DNA of 64,000 nucleotides, from the IMG/VR virus record IMGVR_UViG_3300035228_001133, positions 14,402 to 78,401 of that record. The stretch is one strand, 5' to 3'. Positions 57,148-64,000 of this stretch are shown piece after piece. The notes beneath the pieces are model-generated. The model had not been told where the DNA came from. It saw only the letters and a program-made list of their open reading frames with translations, and did not search any database. The position numbers and the translations under genes are program-made. Position 1 is the stretch's first letter; every line of letters starts with the position of its first letter. This DNA is from a virus.

Positions 57148-58233
57148 ATGTCTCGTGGAGATTTACAAGAAATGGAAGTAGGCACTAAGCAATCCAAAAC
57201 CGCTGTCAATAGTGGTGCTGCGGCTGGTGATTCCATGCCCAAAGCACCTAACTATGTTCCCGACAACGTTGCCGTTGAGGATCTCGGTGGACCTACCCCC
57301 GAGAATTCTAGACCAGACGATAATTCTAACGCGCTTAAAACTCCTACACAGACTATTAAGCAAGTCAAGGATGTAGTCAACAAAGGCGCAAAACCTGCTG
57401 AATCAATGCCCAAAGCACCTAAGTACGCTGAAGAGACCGAAGCATCTACTGAAGAAGTAATTGCTGAGGAAGATCTGACCGAAACCGAAGAAAGTATCAT
57501 TGACATCGATGCTGCAATTGCAGAAGATGTTGAGGCACTCTTGGGCGGTGAAGAACTCTCAGAAGAATTCAGAGAAAAGGCTAAACTAATCTTTGAAGCT
57601 TCGCTTACCGCTAAGATCACAGATATCGAAAATCAAATTCAAGAGGCTTACGAAACTAAACTAGTCGAAGAAGTTGGAACAATTAAGATTGAACTTACTG
57701 AAAGACTGGATTCGTACCTCGAATATGTCGCTGAAGAATGGCTTGAGGAAAACGCTCTCTCCGTTGAGCGTGGAATCAAGACAGAAATGACCGAATCATT
57801 CCTTGAGGGAATGAAGGGTCTATTTGAAGAACATTATGTATCACTTCCTGAAGATAGATATGATGTACTTGAGAGCATGGTAGACAAACTTGATGAAATG
57901 GAGACCAAACTCAATGAGCAAATCGAAAGAAATGTTGCTCTGAATAGTAAGCTGTCGGTATCGACTGCTGAAACTATTATGAATACCGTTGCAGAAGGAC
58001 TTGCAGTTTCTCAGAAAGATAAACTCGCAGTTCTTGCAGAAGGTGTTGAGTTTGAAAGTGAAGAAAGCTATCGTGAAAAACTAGAAACACTGAAGGAGTC
58101 TTACTTCTCTAGTAACACTAGTTCTTCCAAGACGACAGAGACTCAAGTTCTTAAAGAAGAAGCAGAATACGTAGAACCAACAACTGGATCTATGGCTGCA
58201 TATCTAAGAGCACTCTCTAACGTCAAGCAGTGA
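57148..58233 (+). CDS. gp22: Prohead core scaffold protein gp22
   Basis: EDLGGPTPEN, LSEEFREKAKLIFEA, YLEYVAEEWLEEN, KLETLKESYF. Confidence 0.94.
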   Translation: MSRGDLQEMEVGTKQSKTAVNSGAAAGDSMPKAPNYVPDNVAVEDLGGPTPENSRPDDNSNALKTPTQTIKQVKDVVNKGAKPAESMPKAPKYAEETEASTEEVIAEEDLTETEESIIDIDAAIAEDVEALLGGEELSEEFREKAKLIFEASLTAKITDIENQIQEAYETKLVEEVGTIKIELTERLDSYLEYVAEEWLEENALSVERGIKTEMTESFLEGMKGLFEEHYVSLPEDRYDVLESMVDKLDEMETKLNEQIERNVALNSKLSVSTAETIMNTVAEGLAVSQKDKLAVLAEGVEFESEESYREKLETLKESYFSSNTSSSKTTETQVLKEEAEYVEPTTGSMAAYLRALSNVKQ

Positions 58234-58269
58234 TTTAGAGATTATTAATTTCAAACATAGGAATCCAAA

Positions 58270-59661
58270 ATGCAACAACACATTAATTACCAACAGCTTA
58301 CTGAAAAGTGGGCTCCTCTACTAGACCACGAAGGGTCTGGTGCTATCAAGGATAACCATAGACGTAATGTCACCGCTGTTCTTCTTGAGAACCAAGAGCA
58401 AATGCTCCAGGAAGAATCATCTTTCCTGAGTGAAGCCTCACCTACCAACTCTGCTGGAACAGGTGGATTTAGTGGTTCTTCGACAGCAGCTGGTCCTGTC
58501 GCTGGTTTCGACCCAGTACTGATCTCTTTGATCAGACGTGCAATGCCCAACTTGGTCGCTTATGACCTTGCAGGCGTACAACCAATGAGTGGTCCTACTG
58601 GACTAATCTTTGCAATGCGCTCCCGCTACACCAATCAGAGTGGTACTGAGGCACTGTTCAACGAGCCCGATACCGCATTCTCTGGTCAGGATAGTGATCA
58701 GTCCCTTACAGGTGGACAAACCGACCAGGCTGCTGGTTTCGGTACAGGTTCACAGTCAGGTTCTAACCCCTCAGTTCTGAACCCCGTTGGTTCCGCAACA
58801 ACCTCTGCCTACAACGTAGGTCAGGGTATGGCAACTGGAGAGTCAGAAGCTCTCGGTGATGCCGCTGCTAATGCCTTCCAAGAGATGGCATTCTCGATCG
58901 AGAAAGTCACTGTAACCGCCAAGTCAAGAGCTCTGAAAGCAGAGTACTCCTTGGAACTGGCACAAGACCTTAAGGCAATTCATGGTTTGAATGCTGAGGC
59001 TGAACTCGCAAATATTCTCTCCACAGAGATTCTTGCTGAGATCAACCGCGAAGTCATTCGTTCCATCTACAAAGTTGCTGAACAGGGTGCAACTCTTAAC
59101 ACCGCTACCGCTGGTGAGTTCGACCTCGATGTTGACTCTAACGGACGTTGGAGTGTTGAGAAGTTCAAGGGTCTACTTTTCCAAATCGAAAGAGACGCTA
59201 ACGCAATCGCACAAAGAACTCGTAGAGGGAAGGGCAACGTTGTTCTGTGTTCCGCAGACGTTGCATCCGCACTCACGATGGCAGGTATCCTGGATTACAC
59301 TCCTGCACTCAACGCTAACCTTAACGTTGATGACACTGGTAATACTTTCGCTGGCACACTTGCTGGTAAGTATAAGGTCTACATCGACCCATTTGCTGCA
59401 AACAATGCTGCAAACCAGTACTACGTTGTTGGTTATAAGGGTTCTTCACCTTATGACGCAGGTATGTTCTACTGTCCTTATGTTCCTCTCCAGATGGTTC
59501 GCGCCGTTGGACAGGACACCTTCCAACCCAAAATTGGCTTTAAGACCCGCTACGGCATGGTCGCCAATCCATTCGCGGAAGGAACCACTCAGGGAATGGG
59601 TAGACTCCTCGCTAACTCTAACCGTTACTACAGAAGAGTCACCGTCAAGAACCTCATGTGA
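58270..59661 (+). CDS. gp23: Major capsid protein gp23
   Basis: KWAPLLD, FDPVLISLIRR, GVQPMSGPTGLIFAMR, KSRALKAEYSLELAQDLKAIHG, FQPKIGFKTRYG. Confidence 0.98.
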   Translation: MQQHINYQQLTEKWAPLLDHEGSGAIKDNHRRNVTAVLLENQEQMLQEESSFLSEASPTNSAGTGGFSGSSTAAGPVAGFDPVLISLIRRAMPNLVAYDLAGVQPMSGPTGLIFAMRSRYTNQSGTEALFNEPDTAFSGQDSDQSLTGGQTDQAAGFGTGSQSGSNPSVLNPVGSATTSAYNVGQGMATGESEALGDAAANAFQEMAFSIEKVTVTAKSRALKAEYSLELAQDLKAIHGLNAEAELANILSTEILAEINREVIRSIYKVAEQGATLNTATAGEFDLDVDSNGRWSVEKFKGLLFQIERDANAIAQRTRRGKGNVVLCSADVASALTMAGILDYTPALNANLNVDDTGNTFAGTLAGKYKVYIDPFAANNAANQYYVVGYKGSSPYDAGMFYCPYVPLQMVRAVGQDTFQPKIGFKTRYGMVANPFAEGTTQGMGRLLANSNRYYRRVTVKNLM

Positions 59662-59681
59662 TTCAAGGTTCACATCTTACC

Positions 59682-59705
59682 AAAGACCCTTCGGGGTCTT
59701 TTTTT
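59682..59705 (+). terminator. Rho-independent terminator with C(UUCG)G tetraloop
   Basis: AAAGACCC-TTCG-GGGTCTTT followed by a T tract after gp23. Confidence 0.93.
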
Positions 59706-59714
59706 ATGCCTTTT

Positions 59715-59722
59715 TATAAATA
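59715..59722 (+). promoter_or_regulatory. Late promoter TATAAATA
   Basis: Exact consensus just after the terminator. Confidence 0.85.
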
Positions 59723-59791
59723 GGGCTGCTTTTAAATGATTGAAATGTGGGACGACTAAGTGAGTTAATTAATTCAACATCGGAGGTTAAG

Positions 59792-60403
59792 ATGTCAGAT
59801 GAACCTAAAGTAAGTAGTAAGGTATCGGGATTGAAAGTAATTGCAGGAACTGTTGGCGCAATTTTTGCTATAGCGCATATCGGGTTGTTAGGTTACATTG
59901 TAAGAAAACCAGAACCACCTAGAGTTCCACAAATTCCAACTATCAATATCCCCCGTGGTGATTACTCATCGTACACTATTAGAGCTGGTAAAGATGGATA
60001 TGAAATCGAATATCGTGCTGATGATCCTAAGGTTTTAGAATCACAAAGATCATCATCTTCCGATGTGAATAAGAAAGGATTATTTGGTGGTAAGACTGAA
60101 GTCAGAAATGAATGGCGCCGTGATCAGTTTACTAGAGAAGGAACCCGTAATATGGGTCCAGGAGGCGCTGTGGCAGACGGCGAGGGAAAGTCTGCAAAAG
60201 ACATCGCGTGTATCGTGGCGGACGCTGGAGCACGGTCTCAGGGTGCAATGGCGGGTAGTGCAATTGCTGCTGGTGTTGCTGTTCCTGCTGTTATGGGTAT
60301 TCCCTACGTGGGTTGGTTGGCAGGAGGATGGGCTCTTCTGTTAGGACAAAAAGCAGGATCCAGTCTCGGTTCTCAAGTTGGTACGGTATTTAATGACTGC
60401 TAA
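59792..60403 (+). CDS. Hypothetical membrane protein with C-terminal glycine zipper
   Basis: GGAGG RBS before the ATG at 59792; N-terminal hydrophobic helix; GAMAGSAIAAG...GWLAGGW...AGSSLGSQVG. Confidence 0.75.
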   Translation: MSDEPKVSSKVSGLKVIAGTVGAIFAIAHIGLLGYIVRKPEPPRVPQIPTINIPRGDYSSYTIRAGKDGYEIEYRADDPKVLESQRSSSSDVNKKGLFGGKTEVRNEWRRDQFTREGTRNMGPGGAVADGEGKSAKDIACIVADAGARSQGAMAGSAIAAGVAVPAVMGIPYVGWLAGGWALLLGQKAGSSLGSQVGTVFNDC

Positions 60404-60406
60404 ATA
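60400..60406 (+). promoter_or_regulatory. Late promoter CTAAATA overlapping a stop codon
   Basis: 24 bp before the gp3 ATG. Confidence 0.65.
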
Positions 60407-60430
60407 CTAATATGAACTGTATTTAATTCC

Positions 60431-60976
60431 ATGGTTAGAGAAAGTGGGCTATCCAAATGGGATAGGGAAATTAAAAATAAAAACTTTTTATCCCCAACTG
60501 GATTTAAATTTAGTTTGGAAAAAGCACCTAAAGTGGATTTTTTCGCCAACTCGGTGAACATTCCAGGCATTAATTTAGGAGTAGCAGTTCAATCAACTCC
60601 TCTTAAGGATTTGATGATTCCTGGAGATAAGTTAGTATACAGTGATTTCTCCATTCAATTTATGGTGGATGAAAATATGGAGAACTATCTAGAAATCCAT
60701 GACTGGATGAGAGGTCTTGGATATCCAGATAGTATGGGAGAAGCATTACCATTCATTATTGGAACTGGAGTAGATCCCATAGCAGGTGCTTTTTCTGATG
60801 GAAGTCTTCTCATTTATAGCAGTTCATTCACTCCAATTACTAAAGTAAAATTTAAAGACTTATTTCCTACAGCGTTGTCTCCAGTTCAATTTGACGCTAA
60901 GGCAACTGATATAAATTATATTATGGCGGAAGCCACATTTAAATATACCATCTTTGATATTGAGAGTTTATTGTAG
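60431..60976 (+). CDS. gp3: Tail tube terminator/completion protein gp3
   Basis: NFLSPTGFKF, PKVDFF, IPG, FMVDENMENYLEIHDW, FKDLFP. Confidence 0.88.
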   Translation: MVRESGLSKWDREIKNKNFLSPTGFKFSLEKAPKVDFFANSVNIPGINLGVAVQSTPLKDLMIPGDKLVYSDFSIQFMVDENMENYLEIHDWMRGLGYPDSMGEALPFIIGTGVDPIAGAFSDGSLLIYSSSFTPITKVKFKDLFPTALSPVQFDAKATDINYIMAEATFKYTIFDIESLL

Positions 60977-60977
60977 T

Positions 60978-61406
60978 ATGAATATTGAAATGATTGAGAA
61001 TCTTTGGGAAAAAGATTCTAAAATTGATAATGATGATCTTCATTTAGAGTCAACAAAAATTCCATCCTTACACTCAAAGTATTACAAAATTTATAATAAT
61101 ATTCTCGTTCTAAAAAAAGGACAAGAAAATAAATTTAAAGTGTTGAGGAGAGAGAAGTGGGAGTACTACTCAGGAAAATCAAAGCCAGAAATATACGTAG
61201 AAAAACCATTTGATTTTAAAGTATTAAAGTCGGATATTGATAAGTATCTAGATTCTGATGAGGAACTCATTAGATGTCTGACTAAAATGGAATACTATCA
61301 GATGTTGTTAGATTACTTAGAAAGTATTATAAAAGTAATTCTAAACAGAACCTACCAAATTAAAAACGCTATTGAGTGGCAGAGGTTTATAAGAGGTTAT
61401 GACTGA
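60978..61406 (+). CDS. uvsY: Recombination mediator UvsY
   Basis: WEKDSKID...IPSLHSKY, YYSGK, RTYQIKNAIEW; lies before uvsW. Confidence 0.9.
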   Translation: MNIEMIENLWEKDSKIDNDDLHLESTKIPSLHSKYYKIYNNILVLKKGQENKFKVLRREKWEYYSGKSKPEIYVEKPFDFKVLKSDIDKYLDSDEELIRCLTKMEYYQMLLDYLESIIKVILNRTYQIKNAIEWQRFIRGYD

Positions 61407-62862
61407 TTTGATCATTGAAAAAAAGAATGAGGTTTTTCTTAAAATCCAAGCAGAACCTCATGTCAATCAAGAACTTGCAGATCATTTTACATTTGAAGTT
61501 CCTGGGGCAAAATTTATGCCTCAGTATCGCAGCAAGTATTGGGATGGGAAGATTCGATTATTCTCAACAGCAACTGGAGAGATCTATGTGGGACTTCTAG
61601 ATAAGGTCTGTGCATGGGCTAAGAAAAGCGAGTATACAGTAAGTTTTAAAGACAGTAAATTTTACGGAACTCCTTTCGAGAAAAATGACCTCATCTCTAG
61701 AGAAGGTGTAAAAGATTATATGAAGGCAATCTCTAAGCACACTCCTAGAGATTATCAGATAGAAGGAGTGTATGATGCACTTAAATATAACCGAAGATTG
61801 TTGATATCACCAACAGCTTCTGGAAAATCTTTGATGATCTATGCGATTGTCAGATATTTTGTGGAGAAAGATAAGAAAATTTTATTGGTTGTTCCTACTA
61901 CATCTTTGGTAGAACAGATGTATAAAGACTTTTTTGATTATGGATGGGATTCCGAATCTTTTTGCCATAGAGTCTATTCTGGTAGAGAAAAAACAACTAA
62001 CTTCCCAGTTGTAATTACAACCTGGCAATCAATTTATAAATTAGATAAAAAGTTTTTCAATGACTTCGATGTTGTAATTGGTGACGAAGCTCATCAGTTT
62101 AAATCAAAGTCCTTAGTTGGAATCATGACCAAACTTAGAGACACGAAATATAGATACGGATTTACTGGAACTCTTGATGGATCCCAAACTCATAAGTGGG
62201 TCCTGGAAGGACTCTTTGGACCTAGTTATAAGATTACTCAGACAGCAGAGTTAATTAAAAAAGGACATCTTTCACAACTTGATATTAGAATTTTGTTATT
62301 AAAACATATTCCAAGAACCTTTAATAACTATGAGGATGAAATCCAGTACATTATCTCTCATGAACAACGAACAAACTTTATTAAAAATTTATCTTTAGGG
62401 CTAAAGGGAAATACTCTTATTCTATTTCAGAGAGTAGAATCCCATGGAAAGATTATTCATGAGTTAATAAATAGTTCAGTAGATGGTGATAGAAAAGTAT
62501 TTTATGTTCATGGTGGAGTAGATGCTGTAGAAAGAGAACGGGTTAGAGAGATTACAGAAAAAGAAACTGACTCTATTATTGTTGCTTCATATGGTACATT
62601 CTCTACAGGAATCAATATTAAAAACTTACATAATGTTATTTTTGCTTCACCTAGTAAATCCAGAATCAGGAACTTACAATCTATTGGAAGAGTACTGAGG
62701 AAAGGAAACAATAAAACAAAAGCAATGCTTTATGACATTGCAGATGACATTACATATCAAGGCAGAAAAAATTACACCTTAAATCATTTAATTGAAAGAA
62801 TTAAGATCTACAATGAAGAAGATTTTAATTATGAATTCACTCAAATCAAACTCAAAAAATAA
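61399..62862 (+). CDS. uvsW: DNA/RNA helicase UvsW
   Basis: WDGKIRLF, SPTASGKS, VPTTSLVEQM, GDEAH, STGINI, QSIGRVLR. Confidence 0.96.
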   Translation: MTDLIIEKKNEVFLKIQAEPHVNQELADHFTFEVPGAKFMPQYRSKYWDGKIRLFSTATGEIYVGLLDKVCAWAKKSEYTVSFKDSKFYGTPFEKNDLISREGVKDYMKAISKHTPRDYQIEGVYDALKYNRRLLISPTASGKSLMIYAIVRYFVEKDKKILLVVPTTSLVEQMYKDFFDYGWDSESFCHRVYSGREKTTNFPVVITTWQSIYKLDKKFFNDFDVVIGDEAHQFKSKSLVGIMTKLRDTKYRYGFTGTLDGSQTHKWVLEGLFGPSYKITQTAELIKKGHLSQLDIRILLLKHIPRTFNNYEDEIQYIISHEQRTNFIKNLSLGLKGNTLILFQRVESHGKIIHELINSSVDGDRKVFYVHGGVDAVERERVREITEKETDSIIVASYGTFSTGINIKNLHNVIFASPSKSRIRNLQSIGRVLRKGNNKTKAMLYDIADDITYQGRKNYTLNHLIERIKIYNEEDFNYEFTQIKLKK

Positions 62863-62863
62863 T

Positions 62864-63268
62864 ATGGAAGAATTTTATGGAACAATCAAGTTGATAAGTG
62901 GTGAAGAAATCTTTGCCGAGATTCTCCCTGTCGAAGAAAATGGAAGAAGCATGTTAGTTCTCAGTGATCCAGTTTCAATAGAAGCAGTTCATATTGCTAC
63001 TGGTGAAGGCCTGCGAATGATACCATGGGTAAAAACAAATCCCTCCGATAGTATCGTTGTAGTTCCTATGCAACACGTTATCACAGTTGTAGAAGCTTCT
63101 GAAGACTCTGATGTAGTAGGATCTTATATGAGATTTACTAGATCCAAATTAAGTTCTTCTTCTAGCAACAGTAAAAAATCTAAATCAAGTGGATTCAAAA
63201 CGACTGTAGATCAAGCACGTAAGCAACTTGAAAAGCTTTATAATACAGAATCTAAAGAAGCTGAATAA
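62864..63268 (+). CDS. Conserved hypothetical protein (Sm-like N-terminus, KLISGEEI)
   Basis: ATG follows the uvsW stop; IKLISGEEIFA...PW...ARKQLEKLY pattern typical of the uvsW-gp55 interval. Confidence 0.75.
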   Translation: MEEFYGTIKLISGEEIFAEILPVEENGRSMLVLSDPVSIEAVHIATGEGLRMIPWVKTNPSDSIVVVPMQHVITVVEASEDSDVVGSYMRFTRSKLSSSSSNSKKSKSSGFKTTVDQARKQLEKLYNTESKEAE

Positions 63269-63290
63269 TTCTTTGAACTCCAACAGAGTC

Positions 63291-63319
63291 ATCATACACA
63301 ATATCCAGAGCTCTGTCAA
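63291..63319 (-). promoter_or_regulatory. Sigma70-type promoter on the minus strand, TTGACA-N17-TATGAT
   Basis: Reverse complement of atcata(63291-63296)...tgtcaa(63314-63319), with a 17-nt spacer. Confidence 0.65.
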
Positions 63320-63320
63320 G

Positions 63321-63349
63321 TTGTCAGTACAGTAACTTTGTGATAGAAT
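63321..63349 (+). promoter_or_regulatory. Sigma70-type promoter for gp55, TTGTCA-N17-TAGAAT with extended -10 TG
   Basis: Direct match; AAGGAG RBS downstream. Confidence 0.7.
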
Positions 63350-63375
63350 AATAACATTTAAAGGAGACAAATGAA

Positions 63376-63849
63376 ATGGCTACTAGAAAGAGGTCTGAAC
63401 ATTATGTAAATAACAAAGAATTTTTGTATGCTATTGTTCAATATAAGGCAGATGTAAGAGACGCTGCAGCAGCAGATGAACCTAAACCCAGAATTACAAA
63501 TTATCTTGGAGAGTGCTTTCTAAAGATTGCAACTCACCTATCATACAAACCAAACTTTGTTAACTATATGTTCCGCGAGGACATGATTTGTGACGGTATT
63601 GAAAATTGTGTTCAATATATTCATAACTTTAATCCAGAGAAATCCACTAACCCGTTTGCTTACTTTACTCAGATTATTCACTACGCATTTCTGAGACGTA
63701 TTCAAAAAGAGAAAAAACAGATGGAGATCAGAACTAAGATTCTTGAAAGGTCTGGTTATGATGAAGTCTTCACGGTAGATGATGACTACGGAAGCTCTTT
63801 TGAATATAATAGTATTAAGGATGCTATTCAATCTAAAATGTATCAATGA
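63376..63849 (+). CDS. gp55: Late-transcription sigma factor gp55
   Basis: HYVNNKEF, YLGECFLKIA.HLSYKPNF.NY, DGIENC, NPFAYFTQI...AFLRRI.KEKKQ. Confidence 0.96.
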   Translation: MATRKRSEHYVNNKEFLYAIVQYKADVRDAAAADEPKPRITNYLGECFLKIATHLSYKPNFVNYMFREDMICDGIENCVQYIHNFNPEKSTNPFAYFTQIIHYAFLRRIQKEKKQMEIRTKILERSGYDEVFTVDDDYGSSFEYNSIKDAIQSKMYQ

Positions 63850-64000
63850 AGATTGCTATTATCACTGACACTCACTACGGTTGTAGGAGGTCTTCCAAGG
63901 TTTTTCATGACTACTTTCAAAAATTTTATGATGATATCTTTTTTCCAGAACTAGAAAAGAGGGGTATCAAAGAGTGTATCCATATGGGAGATGCTTTTGA
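63846..64000 (+). CDS. gp47: Recombination endonuclease subunit gp47 (SbcD/Mre11-like), 5' part only
   Basis: ATGA overlap; MKIAIITDTHYG...FYDDIFFP...IHMGDAF metallophosphoesterase motifs; runs off the window. Confidence 0.9.
   Translation, partial: MKIAIITDTHYGCRRSSKVFHDYFQKFYDDIFFPELEKRGIKECIHMGDAF

Noticed and set aside
57235-57422. 17-nt direct repeat atgcccaaagcacctaa in gp22
   Set aside because: Encodes a duplicated MPKAP peptide in a flexible N-terminus; no sign of a mobile or regulatory role.
58991-59719. 242-aa ORF overlapping gp23
   Set aside because: Shadow of highly biased gp23 codon usage; crosses the terminator.
404-63846. Numerous short minus-strand and alternative-frame ORFs in the ORF track
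   Set aside because: Nested in well-supported + strand genes and lack recognisable motifs; only 42767-43570 and 43570-44283 are credible on the minus strand.
1-64000. tRNA, rRNA, introns, inteins, homing endonucleases, integrase or transposase
   Set aside because: None recognised; intergenic gaps are short and gp17, gp20, gp23 and uvsW have normal uninterrupted lengths. A covariance-model scan would be needed to exclude small RNAs.

Overview
This window is the virion morphogenesis region of a large T4-like myovirus. It is most similar in sequence style and gene order to marine cyanophages, but the host is inferred because no photosynthesis genes fall in the window. Almost all genes are on the + strand behind T4-type late promoters ((T/C)(A)TAAATA). 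Gene order: 3' end of a gp7-like baseplate gene, gp9/gp10-like connector, 2492-aa repeat protein, gp8, 2510-aa VrlC/DUF4815-like protein, several virion and fibre genes, then gp13-gp23, gp3, uvsY, uvsW, gp55 and the start of gp47. A 12.6-kb accessory block (31.6-44.3 kb) sits between the tail fibre and the neck genes. It holds three paralogous Cys/Gly-rich proteins, a fibre-assembly chaperone-like gene, a GT9-like glycosyltransferase, a full-length and a transfer-domain-only carbamoyltransferase, an ADP-heptose-type pathway (HldC, HldA and HldD, with a cupin and a small HAD phosphatase where GmhA/GmhB would be expected) and four 2OG-Fe(II) oxygenases. This block is the best candidate for an undescribed system: a late-expressed carbamoyl-heptose modification pathway that may act on the virion itself. 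Other notable items are a nested 'out-and-back' repeat architecture with a 1:1 strand-to-domain count in two giant proteins, an orphan CCGxGCxxCP motif, and back-to-back sigma70 promoters at gp55. All assignments come from motif recognition by eye; no database searches were run.
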